The notes: generated from the sequence alone by a model not told the origin. Positions 22,615 through 33,723 are shown, counted from the first letter of the stretch. The stretch is DNA of 64,000 nucleotides from Blastocladiella emersonii ATCC 22665 (GCA_025594325.1 JANHCV010000003.1:558001-622000); one strand, 5' to 3'. Made by a program: numbers and translations.

Positions 22615-24789
22615 ATGGGCGCGCTAGTCCCGCTCCTCATCGTGGCGGCGCAGGTCGTCATGGCGAACCCGCTGCTACAAGCCGCCGCGCTCTTCTGCAT
22701 GGCGGGCCTGCTCGCCGTGTCGCGCGCCGTGGCCTGGCTCCAGTCGCTCAAGGGCGCGCAGGCTCCGTTCCGCACCTCGGGGTCGGGCGGCCGCACCCCG
22801 CCGCGCCGCGCCATGACTTCCTCGATCAGCACATCCGCCGTGCGGTCCAGCGGCGGCGGCGCTAAACCGCCGCGTCCGGCGCGCCGCACACGGACCACGT
22901 CCACGGCCTCGACCGCGTCGTCGCTCTCCTTCGCCGCGGGCGTCGTCCCACCCTCGCCGCCGCCGATCGCGCGGCCCGTCAAGCGCACGCAGTCGCTCAT
23001 GTCGCCGCCGCTGTCGGCCGTGCGCCGTGGGAGCATCAGCAGCAGCACCGCGACAACGGGGGATTCGCCAGTCCTGTCGGTCCCGCGGTCCGAGTCGCCC
23101 GTCCCGCCGCCGCTCGACGACGCGCTCGGGCATCTACCCCCACTCCACCATTACGACGCGCTCCCGCTGCGCCCGGGCTCGCCGTCCTCCTCGTCGGCGA
23201 CAGCGATGACTGGCGGGCCGGCGCAAAAGTACAAGCGCGCGCTAGCCGACGTGCAGGCGTACGCGGCATCGGGGTCGGCGACCGCGAGCGTCGCGAGCTC
23301 GTCGCCCGGGTCAGTCGCGACGGCGCTGCCCGACGTCGCGCCGCTGTCGATCGTGCGCACGCCCGCGAGCACGTTTGCGGGGCTCGCGGGCGAGTTTGCG
23401 TACCCGGAGCGGTACATGACGCTGCCCAACGGGCTGCGCGTGCACTATATCGACGTTGAGCCGCCCGGGGCGGCGAGTCTCGGGAAACCCGTGGTCATGA
23501 CGGTCGTTCTCCTGCACGGGTCTATGGGGTGGATGTGGTCGTTCCGTAAGGTGATCCCGATGCTCCTCGACCTCGGGTACCGCGTCGTCGCGGTTGACTA
23601 TCCGGGGCACGGCAAGAGGTGCGATTGTCCTTACGCTCCGGCTTCACGACCGCTGACATTTGAGCGAGTGTGTAGCGACAAACCCATGCAGTCGGCCTCC
23701 ATCACGCTCGGCCTGTACGTCGCGACCGTAGTCGAACTCTTCGCCTCGATCCTGCACGCACCGGTCCCGGGCCGCCCGGGCCGCGGTACCGCCCCCGTGC
23801 TCGTCCTCGCGCAGGGCTTCAGCGCCGCCGTCGTTTCACTCGCGCTCAAAGAATCCCGGTCCGTGTCGCGGGCGATCGCGCACCTGGTCCTCGTCAACGG
23901 GTACGCGCCGCCGCACTCGGACGCGAAACTCCCGTGGCGCACGCACCTCGCACAGGCTGTGGTGCGGTCGGCCGCCGAGGTCGCGCACACGTGGCACGGC
24001 GCCGGGTGGGGCCGGTTCGTGCCGTCGCTGTCGACGGCGGCGGCCGTGGTCTCGCCGCGCGGTAGCACGAGGCCCGCGAGTCCATCGGGCGGTGCTGGCG
24101 CGTGGGACGTGCCGTTTGGCTCTCATGCGCCCGTCGCCCCGCTCGTGGCCGCCGCGCGGTTCCCGCTGCCGTGGATCGGCGAGGTGCCCGTCGAGCGGCT
24201 CGCGGCGCTCGTCGCGCCCGCGTGGCTCATCGGGCCTGCCGTCACGGGCACGGGCGCCGCGTCGTCCGTCACCGGTGGTGGACCGCTGCTCCCGCCGTCG
24301 CCGCCGCCGACGGCGACCTCGTCGAACGGGAGCGCGAGCACGCGCATGGCGTCGGCGTCGGTCTCGACGGCCGCGCCGTGGGAAGCCGCGCTGCTACGGT
24401 CAGACCTATCCTCCGCGGCCCTCACCGCGTCCTCGTCGCCCGCGGCCGAGAAGTGGGCACACCGGATCCACCGCGTCGCGCAGGCGCTCGACCGGCCGAC
24501 GGCCGTGGATCTCGAGGCGGCTAAGCTGCACCTGCGCGAGTGGGCACAGACGCCGGTCGTGCCGCCCGTGTTCGGGTTGGCGGCGACGGGGCAACCGAGG
24601 AGCCGCGTGCTCGTGGTGTGGGGCGCGGCGAACCCCGTGTGGCCCGTCGAGCTCGGCGCGTGGTGGGCCGACCTGTGCGACGCGCGGCTCGTCGTGGTGC
24701 CTGGCGCCGGGCAGTACCCCGCCGAGGACGCGCCGGTGTTGTTAATGGACGCGGTGCGCGACTATGTCGAGGGCGGTGCGGCGGTTTAG
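22615..24789 (+). CDS. Alpha/beta-hydrolase of the haloalkane-dehalogenase-like family with an N-terminal membrane anchor; catalytic residues appear lost
   Basis: FAYPERYMTLPNGLRVHYID...VLLHGSMGWMWSFRKVIPMLLDLGYRVVAVDYPGHGK|SDKP after removing the in-frame 57-nt intron 23619-23675. C-terminal VLVVWGAANP...VVPGAGQYPAEDAP. Confidence 0.75.
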   Translation: MGALVPLLIVAAQVVMANPLLQAAALFCMAGLLAVSRAVAWLQSLKGAQAPFRTSGSGGRTPPRRAMTSSISTSAVRSSGGGAKPPRPARRTRTTSTASTASSLSFAAGVVPPSPPPIARPVKRTQSLMSPPLSAVRRGSISSSTATTGDSPVLSVPRSESPVPPPLDDALGHLPPLHHYDALPLRPGSPSSSSATAMTGGPAQKYKRALADVQAYAASGSATASVASSSPGSVATALPDVAPLSIVRTPASTFAGLAGEFAYPERYMTLPNGLRVHYIDVEPPGAASLGKPVVMTVVLLHGSMGWMWSFRKVIPMLLDLGYRVVAVDYPGHGKRCDCPYAPASRPLTFERVCSDKPMQSASITLGLYVATVVELFASILHAPVPGRPGRGTAPVLVLAQGFSAAVVSLALKESRSVSRAIAHLVLVNGYAPPHSDAKLPWRTHLAQAVVRSAAEVAHTWHGAGWGRFVPSLSTAAAVVSPRGSTRPASPSGGAGAWDVPFGSHAPVAPLVAAARFPLPWIGEVPVERLAALVAPAWLIGPAVTGTGAASSVTGGGPLLPPSPPPTATSSNGSASTRMASASVSTAAPWEAALLRSDLSSAALTASSSPAAEKWAHRIHRVAQALDRPTAVDLEAAKLHLREWAQTPVVPPVFGLAATGQPRSRVLVVWGAANPVWPVELGAWWADLCDARLVVVPGAGQYPAEDAPVLLMDAVRDYVEGGAAV

Positions 24790-25018
24790 CGCGGCTGAGA
24801 GGAAGAGAATTCATTTCGTATTTGATATCCTGTGTGGGTCGTGCGGGGCAGGCACGGTGGCCGTGGTCGCGGTCGCGGGCCGTGCATGACTCGGACGCGT
24901 CGGCGTGTGGCGTCACGCTCGCGCTCCGAGTCTTGCCGGCGACCTCTAGACCAGAGCCTCACCTCCTCTCCCTCTCCCTCTCCCTCTCCCCTTCATCTCA
25001 ACAACACTCAATATTGCA

Positions 25019-25726
25019 ATGGATCCATCCGACTTTTCCGCGCTGCTCGGCGGCGGCCGCAAGGGCGGGCCTCCCGCTTCCAGCGGCGGCGACTGGTCGA
25101 CGGCCTTCGAGTCCTCCTCCTCCTCCTCCTCCTCCTCGTCGTCGCGCCAAGGTTTCCAGCGCGACACGCGCCACCCGTCCGACGTGGCGCACGCGCTCGC
25201 AACCTCCGAGGCGACGTTCCACGCGTTCGCGACCGACGGCGCCGCGGTCCTCTCCCTCCTCGCGGCGCACCCGGGCGAGTGGGATCTCGACGAGCTCGCC
25301 GACGACCTGGCCGCTGGCCCGCTACCCACGCAGCAACCCGCGGGCGCGCCCGGGTGGTCGGTCCTGGACCCGCCGCAGACGAGCGCGCGCGCGCGCGACC
25401 ACTGGAACCACTGGGCGCGCGACTTCACCCATTTTGGGAACGGTGGAGTCGACGACGGCGCGGCGGTCGTGGCCATGGCGCGCGGGGCGGCCGGGGACGG
25501 GTACATGAGCGCGGTGTGGGGCGAGACGTCCGTGGACGCGTGGGACCGCGCGCTCGACCAGTGGGACGCGGAGCGGCGGGCCAAGGCGGCCACCTCGAGT
25601 GCACCAGCAGAAGCAGAAGCGTCGCCGCAGGTCAAGGAGCGCGCGCAGGAGGCGGCCGTCGGGCGGCTGCGGCTCGTGCTCAGCCATCTCAAGCTGCCCA
25701 AGTTGAACAAGGACGACGTGGTGTGA
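25019..25726 (+). CDS. Uncharacterised fungal-type protein with WxxxF motifs, intronless, 235 aa
   Basis: GC3-biased ORF. Motifs DGAAVLSLL, YMSAVWG and AVGRLRLVLSHL recall a conserved fungal hypothetical family. Diaromatic WSTAF and WARDF pentapeptides. Confidence 0.65.
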   Translation: MDPSDFSALLGGGRKGGPPASSGGDWSTAFESSSSSSSSSSSRQGFQRDTRHPSDVAHALATSEATFHAFATDGAAVLSLLAAHPGEWDLDELADDLAAGPLPTQQPAGAPGWSVLDPPQTSARARDHWNHWARDFTHFGNGGVDDGAAVVAMARGAAGDGYMSAVWGETSVDAWDRALDQWDAERRAKAATSSAPAEAEASPQVKERAQEAAVGRLRLVLSHLKLPKLNKDDVV

Positions 25727-25804
25727 GGCGGATTGTATTACGATTTCTTCAGCGATCAGATTCCAGTTGTGCGAGAGGACAGCGGGCGGGTATAGTGAGC
25801 GCGC

Positions 25805-26411
25805 TTACAGCTTGGGGGCGAGCGACTTGTTGGAGCCCTTGATGTACCAGACCATCTCGACCTCCTTGCGCTCAAACTGCAGCTTCTCGTAGAACTTGAC
25901 GTTCTTCTCGGCGCAGTCGAGGATGATCTTGTAGGCGCCCGCGTTCTTGCCAATCGACTTGAGCCCGTCGATAATGTACCGGCCAAACTGCTTGCCGCGG
26001 TAGTCCTCGTGCGTCACGATGTCCTCAATGTGGCCGACCAGCCCGAGGTTGCGGATGAACTTGCGCTCGACGAACACGGTACCCGCGGCCGCGATCCGCT
26101 GCTTGGCCAGGTCCTCGATCACGATCGTAAAGTACTCGTGGTTGTGCGCCTTGAGGTACGCGAACCGGTCCACGAACGCCGCCTTGGAGATGTCGCCGAC
26201 CACCGTCAGGTGCGACAGCGCGTGCAGGAAGCCTGTTCGTCGGGGGGAGTGTGTGAGCGCCCACCCGCTCGCGCGTGGATCAGCGGTAGCCCAAGGCAAG
26301 CGCACCCTTGTCGTAGTCGGTGACCTCGAGCGGGCGCAGGACAAAGCCGGCGGGGAGCGCGCTGGTCACAGCGCGGTCGATGAGGGAGGCGTCGAAGAGC
26401 GGGGCAGCCAT
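25805..26411 (-). CDS. GNA1: Glucosamine-6-phosphate N-acetyltransferase (GNAT), 2 exons
   Basis: LPAGFVLRPLEVTDYDKG|FLHALSHLTVVG...GTVFVERKFIRNLGLVGHIEDIV...YRGKQFG...YKIILDCAEKNVKFYEKLQF. Confidence 0.95.
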
Positions 26412-26634
26412 GGTCGTGATGATGATACGTTGCAATATGAGGTGCGGTCAAGGAGAGCGCGAGCGGTTGGGCGGGGGCCTCGAAGCTTTTGAAGGGGGAG
26501 CGCTCTCCGCAACGCTATTTTTCGCTGCGGTCGGCCAGCCGGTCGGTCGCGGAACGCGTTCTTCGGGTTCCCCCACCGCCACACGTGCGCGTTATCATCG
26601 CGCCACCGCTTCTCCCTCCCCTTCAACGATCACG

Positions 26635-27023
26635 ATGAGTGCGAGCCCGCTCCCGTTCAAGAACCAGTACCGGCACCGGCGCGCGGCGGGCGACCGCGCG
26701 TGCTGGGTGTGCGGCAAGCCGACGTTCGAGGTGCTCACGCACGACGACGTCGACTTTTTCTTCGTACGCGCGGTTGCGGGTCTCGCTCTGGACGCCACTC
26801 ACCGCGGCCAAGGCGTGTGTAGGTGTGCATGAACCACATCCAGGACCCGGGGTTCTGCACCGCCACCGAGGGCGGCGTGCCCAAGCAGTACGCGCTGCAC
26901 GCGCGCATGTTCGCGCTGCGCGAGGCCAAGCACCGCGAGAAGAAGCGGCAGGAGCGCACGCAGGCGGCGCTGGCCGGGCTGCCCGCGGCGCCGTCGCGGC
27001 TGCCGCCGAAGCGTGCTGGATAA
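26635..27023 (+). CDS. VFA1: Vps4-associated protein 1 (Vfa1/DUF1742)-like, compact form, 2 exons
   Basis: FKNQYRHRRAAGDRACWVCGKPTFEVL...DFFF|VCMNHIQDPGF...YALHARMFALR...KKRQ. Intron 26764-26822. Confidence 0.72.
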
Positions 27024-27392
27024 TATATAGCAGGAGAGACAAAAGTGTCTCGCGCGCGGGGGCGGCGGAGGCGCAGGCGCAGGCGCAGGCGCGCGGAGTC
27101 GGCCCGCGACGGTCACGTGACGCCGTCAACAACGAGCGGCGTGGCCGATCGTGCGTCAGAGTGAGCGACCGAATTGCCGCTCTCCCCTCGCGGTCCCCAT
27201 CCTCGCCATCAACAAGAAACTCTGTGAGCTGTGCCACCCAACGACCAACGCAGCAGACGCATCGACCCAACTCTCGCGCCCCGATCGCCGCCCCCGTCGC
27301 TGCAACGTATGCCTGGGCCCCGGCACTCTGCTCCTCAGCTGAGCCGCTGCTGACGTCCCGAGCAGCGTCTAGTCCTCCCCATCATACCCACC

Positions 27393-29123
27393 ATGGCCTC
27401 TCGCGCACTCCAGGGCCCCGCGGCCGCTGCCGCCGCGGCGACCCGCACCGTCCTCTCGTCTTCGGCCGCTTCCTCCGCCGCGGCATCGCACCAGCAGCGC
27501 AGCCTGTCGGGCTCGCGCCCCGCGGACGCGGGCCTGCAGCAGGCGGGCTCCATGGGCAAGTCGGCCGAGGAGGTGATGGCCATGATCTCGTCCATCACGG
27601 CCAACCTGACCAAGAACGCGGCCTCCGCTTCCTCCTCGGGCTCCTCCTCGTCCACCTCGGCTTCGGCGCCGCAGACGCTCGTCCCGCCGGCCTTCCCGAC
27701 GACGCGCGCCTCGATTGGCCTGTCGGGCCGCGCCCCGCCGGCGCCCGCGTCGGCAGCGCACGCGCACGCCCCGAGCCTGCCGTCCTTCACCCCGGCGTCC
27801 GCCGCGCTCGACCCGGGACTCGTCGCGCACCCGCCCACGGCACCACGCAAGTCGCAGGCGCTGTTCAAGCTCAACAGTTTCGCGCCCGGCGCCGCCTTCG
27901 CCAGCCCGCTCGCCTCGGTCGCCACCCCGTCGCCGTTCGCCCTCGGCGCGGCGGCGTCTGCGGTCGCGGCCGGCGGCGTCGCCCGCAACGCGGGGTTCCC
28001 GCGCGCAGGCGAGAAGATTGACTTGTCGTTCCTCGACTCCCCGTCGACGCCGGGCGTCGGCGGGCGCGGCAGTCCGAAGTCGCTCACGGAATCCGCGGCG
28101 GCGTCGCCGTCGGCTGCGGGCGCGGTCGACTGGGACTCGCTCATCTCCGAGTTCCAGCAGGCCCCCTCTAAAACCGCTCCCGCTCCTCCATCTTCGTCCC
28201 CCTCGCCCCTCGACATCCCGCGGTCCGTCGCCGCTGCCGTCGCCAAGCCCACGGCGCCGCACCAGCTGCCCGACTTCTCGGCGCTCTCGACGCACCTCGC
28301 CGCGGCCACCGCCACGGCGCGCGCGTCGGCCGCGTCCGCGTCCCCCTCCGCGCGCTCGGCCCTCGCCCTCGCCATGCAGTCCGCGAGCGACTCGAGCGCA
28401 GCAGCCTGGACGCTGGCCCCACGGCTCGCGCGCGACGACGTGACGGCTCTCCTGGTCCAGCTCCGCGCGGTCACGTCGTCGGCGGTGCACCTGCGCGGTT
28501 TCCTCGCCACCCTGTTCCGGTACCTCCCGCACCCGCCGGCGGCCGTGATCGCGGACGCGGTGCGCGCGGCCGGCGAGCTCGGGCAGCCGCACCTTGCGTA
28601 CGCGATCTTGGCGCAGGTCCGGCGCCAGGGTCTCTTGGCCATGGTGCGGTCCGTCGACGCGGGCGTGTACGAGGCGCTGGTGCGCGTCGCGTGGACCAAC
28701 GAGCGCAGTATGGCCCGCGTGATCCGGTACCTCCGCGATATGGCGGGCATCGGCGTCACGCCGTCCCGGTCCATGGTCCTTGCGCTCGACCAGATCCTCG
28801 CGGCGCGGAACTCGAAGAGTAGTGTGGCGGCCGCGTGGGAGGCCGAGGGGAAGAGTGGGCCGGCGGCGGCGAAGGCGCTCCCAGCGGCGTCCAAGGCCGA
28901 CGCGGACCTCCTGTGGCGCACGCTGTGCGAGCTCAACCTCACGCGCTTCTTCCAGACGCGCGTGCGTGCCCCCGCCGCGCGGATGCCGACGGCGACCGTG
29001 GCGGAGTCGCTGCCAGAACAGTCCCTCGCGGTGCTTGCGGGCAAGTCGCGCGCGGGGACCGGCGGCGCGCTCCTGTCGGGCCAGGGGCTCGCGGACCTGG
29101 TGCGGTCGACGGGCGCCGTGTGA
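27393..29123 (+). CDS. Mitochondrial Mtf2/Nam1-like protein with a PPR-like C-terminal domain, intronless
   Basis: Arg/Ser/Ala-rich presequence-like N-terminus. C-domain [14 protein letters not shown]...[33 protein letters not shown] resembles the Mtf2 C-terminal domain. Confidence 0.62.
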   Translation: MASRALQGPAAAAAAATRTVLSSSAASSAAASHQQRSLSGSRPADAGLQQAGSMGKSAEEVMAMISSITANLTKNAASASSSGSSSSTSASAPQTLVPPAFPTTRASIGLSGRAPPAPASAAHAHAPSLPSFTPASAALDPGLVAHPPTAPRKSQALFKLNSFAPGAAFASPLASVATPSPFALGAAASAVAAGGVARNAGFPRAGEKIDLSFLDSPSTPGVGGRGSPKSLTESAAASPSAAGAVDWDSLISEFQQAPSKTAPAPPSSSPSPLDIPRSVAAAVAKPTAPHQLPDFSALSTHLAAATATARASAASASPSARSALALAMQSASDSSAAAWTLAPRLARDDVTALLVQLRAVTSSAVHLRGFLATLFRYLPHPPAAVIADAVRAAGELGQPHLAYAILAQVRRQGLLAMVRSVDAGVYEALVRVAWTNERSMARVIRYLRDMAGIGVTPSRSMVLALDQILAARNSKSSVAAAWEAEGKSGPAAAKALPAASKADADLLWRTLCELNLTRFFQTRVRAPAARMPTATVAESLPEQSLAVLAGKSRAGTGGALLSGQGLADLVRSTGAV

Positions 29124-29236
29124 GGCAAGTAGTGTGAGGGCGTAGATTCCTAATAGCATAACTGATACTCCTATCCTACTACTGGTGCTACAGAAGGGAC
29201 AGTGTATTGAGGGCGAGAGGGGGGGAGGCGGAGCGC

Positions 29237-29927
29237 TCAGTAGCGGCGCGCCTTGGCCTCGTGGTCGTCGTCGCCCTCGTCGTCGTACCGCCTCCGCTTG
29301 ACTGAGGGCGCGTGCACGGGGTGAGTGGTGGAATCGAGAGCAACGCAGAGAGCAAAACGTACACTCGGAGCGGTTGTACTGGTTGCCGTAGTTGCGCTCG
29401 GTGCGCTGCGGGATCGGGTCGCCGATGATCGCGCCCACGGGGCCCCACCCACCACGGCCCGAATCAAACTCGGTGCGGTACTCGTCGCGGACCTGCCCAC
29501 CATGACGCCCACGGCCAAACTGGCGACCCTCGCGGAACCCCGGGTCGAGGTCGACGCGGATGAACCGGTCGTCGAGCTTGGAGTTGGAGATGTAGCGGAG
29601 GCAGTCGAGGGCGTTGGCGTGCGAGTAGTACTCGACAAAGCAGAACCCGCACGGCGTCATGCGGACCTTGTCGAGGCCCATGATGATGCGCTTGATGTCG
29701 CCGCACTTGGCAAACAGCTCGTGGATCTGCTCCTCGGTCGTGTAGAAGGACAGGTTGCCCACGTACACGGTCGTCGACCGCGCCAGCGTCGCGTACCACT
29801 GGTCGGGCGTCCCGTCGAACGACCGGTCAATGTAGTCGGACGGGCGCGCCAGGTCCGGAATCACAATGTTGGCGTCGCCCAGGCGCGTCGCCTCGGGCAG
29901 GTACGGCGCGGTCGCGGCGAGGGACAT
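29237..29927 (-). CDS. CBC2: Nuclear cap-binding protein subunit 2 (CBP20), 2 exons
   Basis: [37 protein letters not shown]...[10 protein letters not shown]...[34 protein letters not shown]. Last exon encodes [20 protein letters not shown]. Confidence 0.96.
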
Positions 29928-30883
29928 GGTGCTGGTGGTTGCGGGGAGTTAATGCGTGTGCTTCGTGGGGTGGCTCCGTGCGCCGCGAGGGAGAAAGAGG
30001 AGACGAACGGAACGCGATCTCGACGACGAGGAGGAAAAGTGAAATGAGAGAGCGTCACGCGACATCACCTGACGCCGCGGCGCTTCTCGCGGCAGGCGTT
30101 TCAGCCCGCTGCAAGAGGCAGAGCGTGTCCGCCGCTCGTTGAACCGCAAACGTGTTGGCAGCTCGGAAGCGATTAGGCTCGCCATCACGGTGGCCACGTC
30201 GAGCACGACGACCATGGACGTCGCTGAGGAGCGCGCCAGAGACGATCCGGAGCCGCACGCCAAGAGTCGGCGCGGTAGTGGGAGACACGCGCTGAATCGA
30301 TGAGGAGGGGTGAGGCCCGCGGCGCCTTGGGTCATGCGGCGGCGCAGTGCGGCGCGGCGCGCAACACGGGTCGGCGCGGGGCATCACTGCTGCCTCTGCT
30401 GCTGACGCCCAGGCTGCGTGCCACGTCAAGCGCCAACCATTGGGCGTGGGCCGAGGTCGACGCGCGGCGCCATCGCGCTCCCTCTCCCCGCACTCGTCCC
30501 CTCCCAGAAGCGACAGCACCCCCGGGTCCGCGAACGCCCGCCTCACCGCTCTCAACCGCGCGCTCCCAACCACTCTCCGCTCACCGCTCACCGTGGAAGC
30601 CGCCCATCGCGCATCGAAGCGTCGCCGCGCCCTTCCATTTTGCTCCCCTCACCTCGCGCTGCGGCTGCGACCGCGCCCGTGGCTTTCGAACCCTTGCGAC
30701 CTCCACTGCGGCCGAGTGGTGCCCGCATCGCATCACCGAGTCCATCAATCCGTCCGGATGCCGGTCCGCTGGCGTCGCTCCGCCGGCGACCGTCGCCGTG
30801 CGCCGCGCGAGCGGTCCCTCTCTCCCGCCGCTCCTCCGCGTCGTGATGAAGCGGCCCTGCCATTGCCGACCACGTCACGGTCT

Positions 30884-31972
30884 ATGTCACCGGGCTGCTT
30901 CTCGTTCGTCTCGGCGTGCTGGCCGCGCTCCTCCTCCTCCTCCTCCTCCTCGCCCGCCAAATCCTCGCCCAGACCCGCCGCGCTGCGGCGCAAATCCCGC
31001 GACACGACTCCCTGCAACGCGCTCTCCCAGTCGCCCGCCATGCCCGCCTCGGCGCAGTCCGCGTCGGCGTCGTCGCGGTCCACGTCACCCGCCCCATCCC
31101 CGTCGTCGTGGATCGCGTGCTGCATCGCCCTCCCGCTCGCGGGCCCCGCCGAACCGCTCGCCGTTCGCCGCACCACCGCCCGCCCGCGCGCGATGATCAA
31201 GGACCCGCCCTCGACGACGACCGCCTCCCCCACACCCACGGTCCCGGCCAACATTGTCGCGGCCGCGCTGCGCCGGCACCAGGCCATGCCCGACGCATCT
31301 CCCCCAACACGGCCCGCCCCCGCCGCCGCGCGGTCGCGGTGGACCACGGTCTCGCGGCTCGTCCGGTCCGTGGCCGCGTTCCAGTCCGCGGGCGCCGGCG
31401 CTGCTGGGTCATCACCGCCAACCGCCGGCACTCGGATCCCGCGCACCGCGACCCCGTCAACCCCCGCCGCCCACCCGATGCTCCTCCCCGACGACCCCGC
31501 CGACCGCGAGTTTGCCGCGTGGCGGGACCGCCGCGCCGCGCGCGCGTGGCTCGCGGCCGCGCTCGCCGAGCTCGGGCTCGACGCCGACTCGCCCGCGGGC
31601 TCCGCGCTGGCTTCGCGGCGGCACGTCGAGCCCGCCGCGGGGACGTGCGCGTGGGGCACGACTGCGTCGCTCGCCAGCGTCCTCGTGCACCTCGTCCTCG
31701 ACCCTACCGGGTGCGGGCCCGCGTGCGCGCTGCACGCGAACGCGGCCGACGCGGTCACCCCGCCGCCGTCGCCCGGGATCGCGCCGCCCTCGGCCCATGA
31801 GCTCGCACGGGTTGCGGCCGCGACCGCGCCCGTTGACGCGGTCCAGGCGCTCGCCGAGTACTACGCGCACGCCGAGCACCTGCCGGCAACGGTCGCGCGT
31901 GCGCTCGGCGATGTGAACGCCGCGCTCCGCGATCTCGCGCCCCCGCCGCCGCCGTACGCCGCCGTCGAGTGA
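30884..31972 (+). CDS. Orphan protein, tandem paralog 1 (WIxCC motif, calmodulin-binding-like helix, C-terminal PPPPY)
   Basis: Likely start MSPGCFSF at 30884, inside ORF 30347..31972. Shares SWIxCCIA, [15 protein letters not shown], [17 protein letters not shown], [19 protein letters not shown] and [11 protein letters not shown] with 32692..33723. Confidence 0.75.
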   Translation: MSPGCFSFVSACWPRSSSSSSSSPAKSSPRPAALRRKSRDTTPCNALSQSPAMPASAQSASASSRSTSPAPSPSSWIACCIALPLAGPAEPLAVRRTTARPRAMIKDPPSTTTASPTPTVPANIVAAALRRHQAMPDASPPTRPAPAAARSRWTTVSRLVRSVAAFQSAGAGAAGSSPPTAGTRIPRTATPSTPAAHPMLLPDDPADREFAAWRDRRAARAWLAAALAELGLDADSPAGSALASRRHVEPAAGTCAWGTTASLASVLVHLVLDPTGCGPACALHANAADAVTPPPSPGIAPPSAHELARVAAATAPVDAVQALAEYYAHAEHLPATVARALGDVNAALRDLAPPPPPYAAVE

Positions 31973-32691
31973 TTCGGCCAAGACCGGTGTGAAGAAGCCG
32001 TTGTTTATCCTCCTCGTTTTGTACCCATCCTCGAAACCCACTGCTGCCCGACCGCATACAATGTATACCCCGCCTTGTAAGAACGCGCTGACCTGATGAC
32101 CAACCATCATGGCGGGAGCAGGCGATGTGTGTGGCGCAACGCGTCGATGGCGCCTGCATGCAGCCACGCACGGAGATGCCTCTCCGCCATCGCAATGTTT
32201 GCTGTGTCCGCGAACAGGATGCGGCCCTGGACCCGTTCATGAGGCACCCCGATTGACCTGGTACGGAAGTCGCGCCGCGTTCTGCGTCGAAGCATCGCCA
32301 TCCCCCCGGCGATGCAACGCGCCCCTGCCGTGCGTCGAGCTCAACCGCCTCAGTCTCGTCATCACCCACGTTGAGCGCGAACGCGCCGCTCGCGCGTCGG
32401 ATGGCGAGCTGCTGACGCGAGCGTCGTGCGCGTCGCGGGAACCACTGAGGAGGACCCTTGCGCGGCAGCTGACCCGCCGCGGTCGGGCTTGGCCACGGCT
32501 TCGTCGCCGCCTGACTCGGTCGCCGTCGACTCCTTCCTTCTCGGCAGGGACGGGTCAAGTTTAGACGGAGTCCCTGCACCAGAACGGCTCTGTCCTCGAC
32601 GTCGCTCTGCACCCCCGCCCCCGTCGGGCTTCTTCCAACAACTCAACGGAGCTTCACACATACATCGCAACGCAGTCCTACCGGCCATACC

Positions 32692-33723
32692 ATGACCACG
32701 CTCTCGCGTTCACCCCCGCCATCGCGGCAGTCGCCCGGCTCGCGCGCGTCGTCGTGGATCCCGTGCTGCATCGCCTTCCCGCCCGCTCCCGCCGCTGAGC
32801 CAGCGATGCGAAGCGCTCGACCGCGCATACCGATCAGCAGTCCACCTGCGCCGACGTTCGTGTCCCCGCCCGCTTCGGCCAGAACGACGCGCGACGTTGC
32901 TTCTCCACCTGCGCCATCACCCCGACCATCAGTTCTTGCGACTGCTGTCCACGCCGACATCCACGCGGCCGCGCTCCAACGGCATCGCGCCATGCCCGAC
33001 GACGACGCGTCAACTTCCACGGTCCCGAGGCCAGTCGGCCCGCGTGCGCGCTGGACCACCGTCTCGCGGCTCGTCCGCACCGTGGCCGCGTTCCGCTCCG
33101 CCGCCGCTGCCGCCGCCGCTGTCCGGTCAGCGACCGACCTCCCACCCCCTCCGGCGCGTCCCATGCTGCTCCACGCGACATCCGCGCACCCGATGCTCCT
33201 GCCCGACGACCCCGCCGACCGCGAGTTTGCACGGTGGCAGGAACGCCGCGCCGCCCGCGCGTGGCTCGCCTCGGCCCTGCACGACGTCGGGCTCGACGCC
33301 GACGCACCCGTCCGGTCCGAGCTCGCGCTCGCCGCGCGCCGGCACGTCGATACCACCGGCGGGTGCGCGTGGACGCCGAACGCCGCGGCGCCTGCGTCGC
33401 TTGCGAGTGTGCTCGTTCATCTCGCTGTCGAGCCGGACGGGTGCAGGTCCGCGTGTGCGCTGCACGCGTTGCCCGCAATCGCGCCGCCGCCCTCGACGCA
33501 CGAGCTCGCGCGGATCGTCGAGGCAAGCGGGCCCGTCGACGCTCTGCGCGCGCTCGCCGAGTACTACGCCCACGCTGCCGTGACGAGGTCGCTCCCGCTC
33601 GTCGCGACGCGTGCGCTTAGCGACGTGTACGCCGTCCTGCGCGACCTTGCCCCGCCGCCGCCGCCGTACACGGCCACGGCCGTCGCGTCGGATGCGGCCG
33701 AGGACGCTGCTCTAGCGTCGTGA
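32692..33723 (+). CDS. Orphan protein, tandem paralog 2
   Basis: Intronless 343-aa ORF with the same conserved blocks as paralog 1 and indel-rich linkers between them, a pattern consistent with selection on the protein. Confidence 0.78.
   Translation: MTTLSRSPPPSRQSPGSRASSWIPCCIAFPPAPAAEPAMRSARPRIPISSPPAPTFVSPPASARTTRDVASPPAPSPRPSVLATAVHADIHAAALQRHRAMPDDDASTSTVPRPVGPRARWTTVSRLVRTVAAFRSAAAAAAAVRSATDLPPPPARPMLLHATSAHPMLLPDDPADREFARWQERRAARAWLASALHDVGLDADAPVRSELALAARRHVDTTGGCAWTPNAAAPASLASVLVHLAVEPDGCRSACALHALPAIAPPPSTHELARIVEASGPVDALRALAEYYAHAAVTRSLPLVATRALSDVYAVLRDLAPPPPPYTATAVASDAAEDAALAS

Noticed and set aside
23619-23675. Apparent insertion RCDCPYAPASRPLTFERVC in the hydrolase
   Set aside because: It is a 57-nt in-frame intron with donor, CTGAC branch point and TAG acceptor; removal restores GHGKSDKP.
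27369-29927. 852-aa minus-strand ORF beginning with CBP20
   Set aside because: Artefact of reading through the CBC2 intron into the antisense of the Mtf2-like gene. The spliced CBC2 stops at 29237.
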